Shown here: positions 9,575 through 17,984 of the stretch, piece by piece
How the letters are laid out: each line of letters begins with the position of its first letter
How positions within the stretch are numbered: position 1 is the stretch's first letter
Origin: a virus
Lineage: Duplodnaviria; Caudoviricetes
Direction: 5' to 3' (one strand)
Virus record (IMG/VR): IMGVR_UViG_3300047557_004385
Span: 1-30,149 of that record
Length of the DNA stretch: 30,149 nt
Program-made: the position numbers and the translations under genes
The notes under the pieces: model-generated
Told to the model about the DNA's origin: nothing
The model's input: the letters and a program-made list of their open reading frames with translations, nothing else
Database searches by the model: none

Positions 9575-10312
9575 TCAACCAAATAAACCGCTTAGGTAAT
9601 CATTGATAGATGCACCCTGGCCCTGCAAATATGGTTCTTGTTGAATAAAGCGAGAAAGAAAAGAGCGTTGCGGTGTAAATGCTTGTTGCATCACACCGGC
9701 AAACAATGCATCTTTCAAGCTCGGTTCTTTTGCTTTTGGTTGTTGATATTGCGTGCCGTAAACAAATGCTTCAAGAATATCCCGTGTTCTTGTATCACTT
9801 GCAGTAGGTTGAGCTGTGGCCGTAGCACCAGGGAGTACAGGTGCTGCAGGAACTGCAGTCGATCCAACCGAAGCAGCTTTACCGGGTCGCGTATGAAGTA
9901 ATCTAATTTCGTATGGATTTCCCTGCGGGTCTGAAACCATTAAAGACCCAAAGCCGTGATCAGGTCGATAGCTTCCATATCCCTTGTAAGCAATAGGAGT
10001 TCCTGCTCCTACACCAATGTCAATACCCTGGTGAAAACTAGATGCACCTGCGGTTGGTGCAGTGCGTGGACCAAAGCGAGAAGTGATGGGAAAATTCCAT
10101 TTCCATCCTTCTCTGGTTTGCTGTACCAGGGGGATTTTATTTTGCCCGATTAAAACGTTTTGCGCTACCGTTCGAATTGATTCTGGATTAATTGCGCGGC
10201 CTTTATTTTTCCCAAATTGAGGATAAATGCGAAGGTCAAGATGATCCCCTGTTCTGGGAAATGGATCTTCCTTTGCTGTGGCAACAACACCAGCAGGAAT
10301 AAAACCAGCCAT
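9575..10312 (-). CDS. M23-family peptidase-like protein, apparently circularly permuted
   Basis: PITSRFGPR..P....HQGIDIG...GTPI carries HxxxD; RLLH is present; TGDHLDLRI...INP sits at the N-terminus. Confidence 0.75.
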   Translation of the reverse strand: MAGFIPAGVVATAKEDPFPRTGDHLDLRIYPQFGKNKGRAINPESIRTVAQNVLIGQNKIPLVQQTREGWKWNFPITSRFGPRTAPTAGASSFHQGIDIGVGAGTPIAYKGYGSYRPDHGFGSLMVSDPQGNPYEIRLLHTRPGKAASVGSTAVPAAPVLPGATATAQPTASDTRTRDILEAFVYGTQYQQPKAKEPSLKDALFAGVMQQAFTPQRSFLSRFIQQEPYLQGQGASINDYLSGLFG

Positions 10313-10341
10313 TATCTTTTTATTTTTTATTTTAAAACAAC

Positions 10342-10364
10342 AAAACCCCCGGTTTCCCAGGGGC
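10342..10364 (-). terminator. Intrinsic terminator after the capsid/HhH genes
   Basis: Minus strand reads GCCCCTGG-GAAA-CCGGGGGT then TTTGTTGTTTT. Confidence 0.75.
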
Positions 10365-10384
10365 TTTGCGTTTGGAGATGAGTA

Positions 10385-10795
10385 TTAGACACGTACCAGG
10401 TCTGCAGCAAGCACTGCATCCCAATCAACACGTTTGATTTGCCTTAGTTGCTCCAGAGAACTAAACCTTTCACCCGATAAGGACATTTGAAGATCTTTAA
10501 TTTCTCGGGCAGTTTTCAGGCCAATACCTTTAATATGATCAGCGATCATCTGGGCGGTGGCTGAATTGATATTGAGGCGTGTGTCCGGAGGGAAGCTGCG
10601 TGGATCTTCATTTGCAGCCCTGTCTTTAATCTGAAGAGTTTTTACTTTTTTAGTAGCAGACTCATCAGGAGACAGTTCATTTTTGTAAGCAGTATAAAGG
10701 CGACCGTCCTGGTCTTCGACCATGTACCAATCGCCGTTATCCCATTCGCTTACAATTTTGACACGGGCTCCGGTCTTTTTGTGCTGATAAAGCAT
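10385..10795 (-). CDS. Helix-hairpin-helix (ComEA-like) DNA-binding protein
   Basis: RLNINSATAQMIADHIKGIGLKTAREI...FSSLEQLRQIKRV. Confidence 0.85.
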   Translation of the reverse strand: MLYQHKKTGARVKIVSEWDNGDWYMVEDQDGRLYTAYKNELSPDESATKKVKTLQIKDRAANEDPRSFPPDTRLNINSATAQMIADHIKGIGLKTAREIKDLQMSLSGERFSSLEQLRQIKRVDWDAVLAADLVRV

Positions 10796-10831
10796 AGGGA
10801 TCAGTAATTTTCTGATCCCAGTTTAACGCAA

Positions 10832-11629
10832 TCAGCTAACAGTACGACCGAGCAGATAGCCGTCAATATCTTCGTAACCAGGAGCGTCATCAGGCTGCAC
10901 GTAGCAGACTTCAACGACCAGGTAACCAGTGCGGCCAGCGGCGGAATCAGCATCAGAGATGTAGATACCACCAGAGGTGCTGGTGTCATTAGCAGCGCCC
11001 TTAGCAAACACCTTCAGGGTGGTGCCAGTGGTAGCGGCGTAGTAGAGCACACCACCCGACACACCGGCAGCGCCAGTAGCGGTGATGAAAGGATTAGTAC
11101 CGAAGGCTTGGGTACCACCAGAGAAGTAGATCTTGGTGGCGGCATCACCCGACACGGTGGAGGACAGGTTGGCCTGGATCGGACCTTCACCCACACCCGA
11201 AGCGGCAGTAGGACCGCTGGAGTCACGACCGAAGGAGATCACGTTACCGGTGGCGGCATACACACCGGAAGCGGTGCGGCCGTCGCCCCAGCCCTTAGCC
11301 ACGGAGATCGCAGTGCGATACACGTAAGCAGGCAGGGTGGTGGTACCAGAGATCACCATGCCGGTGATGTCGGGACGGGTGTCGTCCTGGCGATAAGGGG
11401 AAGGAACGATCACGTTGCCGGTCACCAGAGGGGTGCCGGAGGTCTGAGTCACAGCAACGTAACCACGCTGCTGGAAGTAGCGGTAGCCAGGAATGGCCAG
11501 CACCGAAGTGGGGCCACCCTTGGAACCGTCAACAGTACCTGCGTAGTCGGCATCAATGTTCTTGTACCAACCGTTCAGGGGTTCTGCCCAGTTGCCTGGG
11601 TAGATTTTTTTAGCTGACAGATAAGTCAT
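10832..11629 (-). CDS. Abundant capsid-associated (decoration/minor capsid-like) protein
   Basis: Directly downstream of the MCP, with the same C-ending codon bias; G/T/A/S-rich. Confidence 0.65.
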   Translation of the reverse strand: MTYLSAKKIYPGNWAEPLNGWYKNIDADYAGTVDGSKGGPTSVLAIPGYRYFQQRGYVAVTQTSGTPLVTGNVIVPSPYRQDDTRPDITGMVISGTTTLPAYVYRTAISVAKGWGDGRTASGVYAATGNVISFGRDSSGPTAASGVGEGPIQANLSSTVSGDAATKIYFSGGTQAFGTNPFITATGAAGVSGGVLYYAATTGTTLKVFAKGAANDTSTSGGIYISDADSAAGRTGYLVVEVCYVQPDDAPGYEDIDGYLLGRTVS

Positions 11630-11662
11630 TTATTTTTCCCTATATGTTATGTAGGTTAATTA

Positions 11663-13653
11663 TCAGACGGTACCGTCATCAGACACGTAGCTGAAAGCGG
11701 TGGTCACGAAGTCCTTGTTCAGGATTTCGAAACCAGCGTACAGCTGCCAAATCAGAATGATGAAGCGGCTGAAGTCGTCGTTGTTGTTGATGAGCACCTG
11801 GGCGTTCGGACCACCGATGCCCACGCCAATGGCCTGAGGACCAAAGAAGAAGCCCTGGGCAACTTCCTGAGCAGCATAGGTACCGCCGGTACCAGCAAAG
11901 GAAGTGGTGATGGACTTGGTGGGGAAGTTGGTCGATTCGAAGAACTTCACACCTTCGAACTGAACACCAGTCGGCATGACAGGCTCACCAGCCAGGAAGT
12001 AACCCTGACCAGCCTGGGGACCCATGTAGAAGCTGGCGTTGTTAGGCATCATGGGGTTGCCCATGTACATGCCTTGACCAGGATTGCCGCTGTAACGAGC
12101 AATCTCACGGAAGTCAGGATCACGACGCAGGTGCATCATGAAGGTAGGATCGCAAATGCAGCGATACAGACCATCGGAGAAGGTCGGCACGTTGCGCTTA
12201 CGCAGATCCTTCACCACGGTCAGCAGGTCGGTACGAACCGAGAATTGCTGCAGATCAGCGGTGTATTCGGTCGAAGTGTAGGTGATACGACCGGTAGAAT
12301 CTTTAGCCTTAGCACCAGGGAAGTAGTAACCACCCTGAGTAGAGGAGGCTTGACCGTTGGCTTCGGCTTTGGCGAGTTCATCAATGAACACGCGGTCACG
12401 CCAACGGCGGTAGTCGTCAAGCAGCGTCAGGCTACCGATCGACTGGTGGAACATGTTCAGGTTACCGGTGTCCAGCAGAAGACGCTGGGCGGTAATCAGA
12501 GTTTCACGAGCAATCTTGAAGGTGCTCGGTTGAGTCGGATCACCCGGGTCGGCAGGACCGGTGTACTCCTTCAGCACAACAAGCACCTTCTCTTTGGTGA
12601 TGTTGCGGCTGTTGGCAGTACCGATCGTCTGGTCAGCCACACGCTCGCGGCTGTCCTTCGTGCCGGGGGTACCCCAGAACTTGTAGCGATCTAACTGAAC
12701 AGTTTGACCGGGTTGACGAGTAAAGTCGTGGACGACCACAGGCTCTACCGCCATTTCTGCAATGTAAGCAGGGTGGGGGCGGTAAAGCTCCGCACCCAAA
12801 ATCTTTGGAAAGTCGTTCTCCTGGTCTCCAGTTTCTTGGAGGGGTGGACTATCTCTTCATCCCTGTGGGATGCCGGACGCTGAATCTGGTATTACGTAAC
12901 AAGATCGTGTTACACCCAGTAGTCTCTGCACCTTCCAATCACGCTTGATTGGCTTGGCTCAGGATTACCCTCGACTATACGTTAGGGCTTCCCTGAATTC
13001 ATCCGGTTTGCACTCATCGATTGCTCGGTGAGGTGACAACGTTGAGCGTTCAGCTGAGGCATGCTATCTTTTGGAAAGCTGTTTATAAACAACATGGACC
13101 CAAAATTAGTTCCAGGATTTGGTAATCTTTACTTAACGGAAGAAGGTAAAGCTTTTGAAAAACAACTTGATCCCGATAATCAAGAATATTTTCAAGAGAT
13201 TCCCATTCGTTCAACCAGTGTTTATGACCGTATTTCAGTTCTTGTTAACGGAAAGAGAAAGCGTTTTCATCTTCACGTCTTGATGGCAGTTGCATTTTTG
13301 GGTTTAGATCTGCGTTCACATGGAACACATAACTTTTCCCTGCAAGTAGATCACAAAGATAACAACAAGAGAAATAATCAAGTTGATAATCTTGAAATCG
13401 TTACCAAACAAGAAAATTTAACAAGGGCCTGGAAAACGGGTTGTTACAAGAACAATGGTTTTGCCAGCAAAGGGAAACCGAAAAAAACTTTAAGAAAATT
13501 TTCTTCGGATGACGTGGCTCAAATCAAAGCTTTAAAAGAGGCAGGTCTGTCGTATAGAAAGATCGCCGAAAAGTTTAACTGTAACCACGGAGCTATTTAC
13601 CAAATCTTGAAGGGCAATACCTACCAGGATCTGAACTAGCTATCAATGAACAC
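11663..13653 (-). CDS. Major capsid protein, intron-split: join(13653..13642, 12817..11663), 388 aa
   Basis: SD GGAGG at 13668-13664, then GTG TTC ATT GAT | AAC GAC TTT CCA AAG ATT TTG GGT, giving MFIDNDFPKILGAELYRPHP. Position after portal and scaffold, size and codon bias all fit an MCP. Confidence 0.88.
13042..13070 (+). promoter_or_regulatory. Promoter for the intron-encoded HNH
   Basis: TTGAGC, 17-nt spacer, TATCTT with extended TGn, upstream of ATG 13094. Confidence 0.5.
13094..13639 (+). CDS. Intron-encoded HNH homing endonuclease (antisense)
   Basis: NUMOD4-like start (KLVPGFGNLYLTEEG); LHVLMAVAFL...VDHKDNNKRNNQVDNLEIVTKQEN core; C-terminal HTH. Alternative start at 13061. Confidence 0.9.
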   Translation: MDPKLVPGFGNLYLTEEGKAFEKQLDPDNQEYFQEIPIRSTSVYDRISVLVNGKRKRFHLHVLMAVAFLGLDLRSHGTHNFSLQVDHKDNNKRNNQVDNLEIVTKQENLTRAWKTGCYKNNGFASKGKPKKTLRKFSSDDVAQIKALKEAGLSYRKIAEKFNCNHGAIYQILKGNTYQDLN

Positions 13654-13751
13654 TTTGGTTTATCCTCCAGTGTCAGTGTTTTTATCGGGTGAAAGATAAA
13701 GACACGTGTGTCTTATCTAACACAAATTTTAGCAGTTAATAACCTTTTTAG

Positions 13752-14312
13752 TTACACATACTGCATTGTTGGTGCTTTATAGCGAGCACCAGGGGAATTG
13801 CTAGAGCCATAAGACTCTGGATCAACACCCATAGATTGCTGGAAACCAGGAACACCAAGTGCCCCAGGAATTGCACCAGCGGCTACGCCACCTAAACCAG
13901 CGGCAGCGGCAGCGGCTGGAACTGCACCAGCAACTGCCATTTTTTGAACCAGGGCAGGATTAATTTCTCCAGCGGCTTGATATGCACCCGCGAGTGCGTT
14001 ACGTACTTTGCCAAGTGCTCCGGCACGCTTGCCACCAGGGGGTACATCTTTCATTGCACCGCGAACTGCACGGCCAACAGGAGCAATAGCACCTTGGAGG
14101 TTTTCAGCAATAGCAGGGGCATATTTACCAGCAAGTCGAGCGGCACCTAAGCCACCACGTGCGCCTAAAGCAGCGGCTGCACCGCCAAGAATTGCACTGC
14201 CAGGATCTTCACCTTGAGCAGCAAGAGCCCCGCCAACTGCCAAACCGGCAGCGGCGGGAACTCCGTATGCGAGCAAGGGACGAGTTTGTCCTAATGGTCG
14301 CATTTGCCTCAC
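13752..14312 (-). CDS. Gly/Ala-rich hydrophobic protein
   Basis: 186-aa ORF between scaffold and MCP with G/A hydrophobic stretches. Confidence 0.7.
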   Translation of the reverse strand: MRQMRPLGQTRPLLAYGVPAAAGLAVGGALAAQGEDPGSAILGGAAAALGARGGLGAARLAGKYAPAIAENLQGAIAPVGRAVRGAMKDVPPGGKRAGALGKVRNALAGAYQAAGEINPALVQKMAVAGAVPAAAAAAGLGGVAAGAIPGALGVPGFQQSMGVDPESYGSSNSPGARYKAPTMQYV

Positions 14313-15280
14313 TCCATCACGAAGAGTTTGTTAGCAACAACTTGAGGTTGGGCCTGGTTCAGAACGCGCCATGCATTCTGGGGATCACGAGCCATTTGCT
14401 CTTGGAAGCTGCCCCAGAAATTCTCGGGGGCTTGAGGAGCGGCAGCAGCAGGGGGAGCCGGGAACTCACCGTAACCAGGGCTAATCGAACCAGTGGGATA
14501 ACCACGGGTTTCCAGTTGGCCTTCGTTTTCGTACACAGGGTACGGACCTTCAGGACCAAAGAACTTCAGGGTGTAATCACTGAGAACATCAGGGTTGGTG
14601 AGGATCTCGTTATACGCAAGATTCTCTTGATGCTCGTTAACAGCAAAGTTAGCGTAACCGCGAATTACATCAGCGGCGAGGCTTCCCCAGCCGACGGCGC
14701 TGTCCAGGAGTCCCTCCAGATTCAGGGCGTACTGGTTCAGAATTGCCGGAGCTTCCATCCCGAACGCGTCCAGGACCTGACGGGTTTCGCCGCTCAGACC
14801 GTAATAATCCGCGATCGCTTCGTTCACCTCTTGATGCGCTTGCACCGCCGAGGAGCCCGTCAAGTAAGTTTGGGAAGAGCTGAGCGAGTAATCCTGGCTG
14901 GGCGACCAAGTCGGCTGAGCCGATGGTTGCATAACTGGGCTGCTGGGCAGTCCGTAATTGGCCGGGGTAAATTGAGTCGCTGGAAGCGAGGGTTGACCCT
15001 GGAACGGGGATTGGACTGGTGCGCTCAGCAGGTTCACCACCTTGTTGAACGCCGATTCCCATGGATTCCCCGCCGGTTGGGATTGGGGGGCGTACTGAAT
15101 AGGGTTGGATTGGTAACTGGGGCTCGCCTGAGGTACCGCTTGGGGGTAGCTGGTACCCACTTGATACGCCACCGGCGCCGGGGAGGCTGCCTGTGGAGTT
15201 GTTACCACGTAACTGCTGGGAGCCACCGCCACTGGTGCTGGGCTCGTCTGTGGGATCGATTGGACGGTAGCGTCCTGCAT
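14309..15280 (-). CDS. Putative capsid scaffolding protein
   Basis: SD AAGGAG; P/Q/S/A-rich N-terminal half and helical C-terminal half; lies between portal and MCP. Confidence 0.65.
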   Translation of the reverse strand: MQDATVQSIPQTSPAPVAVAPSSYVVTTPQAASPAPVAYQVGTSYPQAVPQASPSYQSNPIQYAPQSQPAGNPWESAFNKVVNLLSAPVQSPFQGQPSLPATQFTPANYGLPSSPVMQPSAQPTWSPSQDYSLSSSQTYLTGSSAVQAHQEVNEAIADYYGLSGETRQVLDAFGMEAPAILNQYALNLEGLLDSAVGWGSLAADVIRGYANFAVNEHQENLAYNEILTNPDVLSDYTLKFFGPEGPYPVYENEGQLETRGYPTGSISPGYGEFPAPPAAAAPQAPENFWGSFQEQMARDPQNAWRVLNQAQPQVVANKLFVME

Positions 15281-17027
15281 AACTCATCTCCTTTTGTAAT
15301 GCTTCAAGAGTTCGATACAGATATGGAGTTAAATCCAACCTGGGATCCGCAGCCATCGGTAAATCCGGTGATTGCGGGTGAGGAGTCTGCATCATCCCCC
15401 CCACTAAGCGAGCAAATTGAGAATAAGCATTCTGCAATTCACCCACCATCCTGAACGGGAACCCAGATAACATCTCGGCCCGTTCCTCATCCGTCTTAGA
15501 CGGGAAGAGGTATTTCAGTGCTTCAATGCTATCAACACCTAATTCTTGCAAGTTTCTTACAACAATTGAGTTGTTGAGAATATCTTGGGTTGAATCCTCA
15601 TAGACAGGACCTAACCAACGCCAAAGCATGGTTACATCACCATCCGGAATTAAGCCTAAAACACCGGGCGGAATTTGTTGTGTTTTCAAGCAAGCCATCA
15701 TTAATTGCTTGACTTGATTATCAAATTGCGCCATGGCCTCTTCATATGCCATAACATCTTCATCTGATGCATCCTCTGGTAGTTCCAGGGGTTTTTCTAG
15801 ACCTGTTGCAGCAGCAAGCGTTTCACGGAACAAACGCTCTTCTTGATAAATAATTAATTCAAGACAGCGGCAAATTCCATATGTATAAATGGCATTTGCT
15901 TTCTTTTTAGAGGTTGCAGACACACGGCCAAACAACGATTTGTATTCAGTTGCGGTTACGCCTGCAGAAATAGAAAGCTCATCTACACCACCAAGGGCAG
16001 TCCGTATTTCTTCTCGATATTGACGAGCAAACGAATTCTGGTCACCGGTAATAGCATCTGGAACAATATAACCAACACGGTCGTTTGGCTCCAGGTTTGC
16101 AATTACGCGTGGAACTCGAATCTGTCCATCAACTCCACGGCTAATTGGATCAGCTTTAAAACGAGATTGGCTCAAAGTACTTAGACCTGTAAAGCCGGAG
16201 TTTGCCGCAATTGATGGACGCTGAACCACGGCCTCTCCACCAGCCTCCATTAGGTCGGTCTTGGGACGAGAAGAAAGCAGAGTTGGGTTACCGAAAAACT
16301 GTACGTTCTTACGCATGGTGCGAACCATCTCATCATGCGTACAAATATGATTAGCTAAAGCGTCAAATTCACCAACACCTTCTGTGGCAAAACCCTTGGG
16401 ATTATTAAAAATTTCAACACAAGGAATAAAACCAAGTGTGTTGCGAAACACTTTTGTTTTACCTTGTACGGAATATTGAGGCTGCTCAAAAGAAATCTCA
16501 CCTTCCGAATGAGTTTCTTCGATCTGTTTTCGCTTGATTGAAAGACGAATATATCTCTTTGCACCTTGGCCCATGGTGGCAGGACCAGTTAAATTCCCAG
16601 CTTGAATTTCTTGTTCAAAACCAAATCCACGGCGCACCTTATAGCTGTAGATGATCACCACCTCATCCAGCTCACCGTCTAGGTTGTAGTACGTCCGGTA
16701 CTCATGACGCCGGAAATAATACATTCGGTAGTTATTTTTGGTAGGGCGAATGTAAAAAAGACCCTGGCCATCACACAAAAAATAATCCCAGATGGAATCC
16801 AGGCGCGTATCAATTTGATTGTATTTAATTACACGATCAATAAAGTCCTTGCGTTGATTGCCAAAATTATCTTGTGCAGGAAAAAATTCAACTCCTTGAC
16901 GTATGCCAAAGAGTTTCATCTGAGCAAGATGAGAGGCTACGACGCCAGTGTCAATCAGAGTACCCCCATCCTTCTCTAGATAGGAATCAATGATTTCTTT
17001 TAAGCGGGCCTTTGCGTCGACAGCCAT
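14670..17027 (-). CDS. Portal protein with a long C-terminal overlap into the scaffold gene
   Basis: Lies between terminase and scaffold/MCP; LGFIPCVEIFNNP, GVGEF and SAGVTATEYK have portal-like character. Confidence 0.75.
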   Translation of the reverse strand: MAVDAKARLKEIIDSYLEKDGGTLIDTGVVASHLAQMKLFGIRQGVEFFPAQDNFGNQRKDFIDRVIKYNQIDTRLDSIWDYFLCDGQGLFYIRPTKNNYRMYYFRRHEYRTYYNLDGELDEVVIIYSYKVRRGFGFEQEIQAGNLTGPATMGQGAKRYIRLSIKRKQIEETHSEGEISFEQPQYSVQGKTKVFRNTLGFIPCVEIFNNPKGFATEGVGEFDALANHICTHDEMVRTMRKNVQFFGNPTLLSSRPKTDLMEAGGEAVVQRPSIAANSGFTGLSTLSQSRFKADPISRGVDGQIRVPRVIANLEPNDRVGYIVPDAITGDQNSFARQYREEIRTALGGVDELSISAGVTATEYKSLFGRVSATSKKKANAIYTYGICRCLELIIYQEERLFRETLAAATGLEKPLELPEDASDEDVMAYEEAMAQFDNQVKQLMMACLKTQQIPPGVLGLIPDGDVTMLWRWLGPVYEDSTQDILNNSIVVRNLQELGVDSIEALKYLFPSKTDEERAEMLSGFPFRMVGELQNAYSQFARLVGGMMQTPHPQSPDLPMAADPRLDLTPYLYRTLEALQKEMSYAGRYRPIDPTDEPSTSGGGSQQLRGNNSTGSLPGAGGVSSGYQLPPSGTSGEPQLPIQPYSVRPPIPTGGESMGIGVQQGGEPAERTSPIPVPGSTLASSDSIYPGQLRTAQQPSYATIGSADLVAQPGLLAQLFPNLLDGLLGGASASRGERSDRGLLRSERRNPSGPGRVRDGSSGNSEPVRPESGGTPGQRRRLGKPRR

Positions 17028-17170
17028 TAACTATAAACCTTCTTTTTATTGATCTTAGCAGTTTTCTTTTGTTTCTTTTCGATAAGCCACCGATCAAAGA
17101 AAGCAAGTTCAGCCGGTGTATAAAGTTCCGGATGCTGAAGTGCTTGTTTGACCAGCTTTTTCTTTTTCAT
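17027..17170 (-). CDS. Small Lys-rich protein, 47 aa (not in ORF track)
   Basis: MKKKKLVKQALQHPELYTPAELAFFDRWLIEKKQKKTAKINKKKVYS, with TAATG coupling at both ends. Confidence 0.8.
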   Translation of the reverse strand: MKKKKLVKQALQHPELYTPAELAFFDRWLIEKKQKKTAKINKKKVYS

Positions 17171-17481
17171 TAGGATACTGTTTTGACGTAACCAGGAGGA
17201 AGTTGCTGTCCGTATTGGGGTCCCATGTAGAACCCAGCATTGCCCATTGGAAACATGCCGGGTAATAAATTGGCTTGCCTGAATTGAATGTCGATCGCCC
17301 CTTCACGACCAGGTTGATCCTTTGGAAACAAACGGACCGGTGTTTGCTGTAAAGGATTAAGCTGTGGGCCGCCCGCTGGAGTCTGTCGACGTTGCTGAGG
17401 AATTACAAAGTCAGCTCCAAAGGGATTACCTGCAAGCATCCCGGCTGCATTACCAATGAAACCACCTTGAATTCCGTACAT
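17170..17481 (-). CDS. Hypothetical G/Q/P-rich protein
   Basis: 103-aa ORF tightly packed in the operon. Confidence 0.65.
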   Translation of the reverse strand: MYGIQGGFIGNAAGMLAGNPFGADFVIPQQRRQTPAGGPQLNPLQQTPVRLFPKDQPGREGAIDIQFRQANLLPGMFPMGNAGFYMGPQYGQQLPPGYVKTVS

Positions 17482-17482
17482 C

Positions 17483-17665
17483 TTAATCCTCTAATAATTC
17501 GTAGCCCGATGCTTCATTTAGTTTACTCAATACAACTCCATCTCCTTTAATATTCCACTCAAGAATATCGTCTTCTTCCCAGCCCAATTCTTCGATTAAT
17601 TCATCGGGAAAGGTGATAAAAAATTCACCGTTGTCATCCTCTTGCACTTCAAGGATGTAACTCAT
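17483..17665 (-). CDS. AbrB/MazE-like small DNA-binding protein
   Basis: GEFFITFPDELIEELGWEEDDILEW fits the swapped-hairpin pattern. Confidence 0.75.
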   Translation of the reverse strand: MSYILEVQEDDNGEFFITFPDELIEELGWEEDDILEWNIKGDGVVLSKLNEASGYELLED

Positions 17666-17955
17666 TTTTCCAAAAGCTTTTCCATAAGCTTATCAAGCTT
17701 AATGTTTATCTGCTTGAAGTTGTCATGCATTGTTTGGATTTCGCGCAAAAAGTCAACTTTTAATACATATTCCAAAGGCATTCGCGCAATGCTGTCTTCT
17801 AAAGTTTTAATTTTTTCGTCTTGTTTTCTTATGTCATCTTGCACATCTCTAACCCTTTCATAAGCGCGGTTTAGAAATTTATTCATAACCCAGCTACCGC
17901 CTGTTACAGCGGAACCAACTGCGGTTATTACAAGGGCTAGATACTCTGGGCCCAC
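17662..17955 (-). CDS. Membrane-anchored coiled-coil protein (holin-like candidate)
   Basis: N-terminal hydrophobic helix followed by a heptad-rich region. Confidence 0.55.
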   Translation of the reverse strand: MGPEYLALVITAVGSAVTGGSWVMNKFLNRAYERVRDVQDDIRKQDEKIKTLEDSIARMPLEYVLKVDFLREIQTMHDNFKQINIKLDKLMEKLLEK

Positions 17956-17984
17956 TGAGCCAAAACTTTTTTCTTATTCTAAAT

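Larger units (their letters stand above)
12818..13641 (-). mobile_element. Group I self-splicing intron (824 nt) with homing endonuclease
   Basis: The 5' exon ends in U and the intron ends in G. Core elements: P AATTCAGGGAAG (12999-12988), Q AATCCTGAGCC (12966-12956), R GCAGAGACTA (12929-12920), S AAGAGATAGTCC (12857-12846). P3 is CCGGATG/CGTCCGG, and P2, P6a, P8 and P9 hairpins are present. IGS CGTTGTCA lies at 13041-13034. Confidence 0.95.

Noticed and set aside
10385-10795. psbU auxiliary photosynthesis gene
   Set aside because: Shares only the HhH fold and has no signal peptide. A ComEA-like DNA-binding protein fits better.
11108-12694. Plus-strand ORFs of 169 and 206 aa
   Set aside because: Antisense shadows produced by the strong codon bias of the capsid genes.
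11663-12799. MCP starting at TTG 12799, as in the ORF track
   Set aside because: The frame continues upstream to the intron 3' splice site. The spliced GTG start has a strong SD, and P1/P10 pairing supports it.
14811-14818. HIP1 octamer GCGATCGC as a host signature
   Set aside because: Only one copy noticed in 30 kb, which is compatible with chance.
14159-15454. 431-aa plus-strand ORF
   Set aside because: Antisense shadow of the scaffold and portal genes, with Arg/Leu-rich non-protein-like composition.
17483-17665. MazEF-type toxin-antitoxin pair
   Set aside because: Neither neighbour resembles a MazF or VapC toxin, so this is a solo AbrB-like gene.
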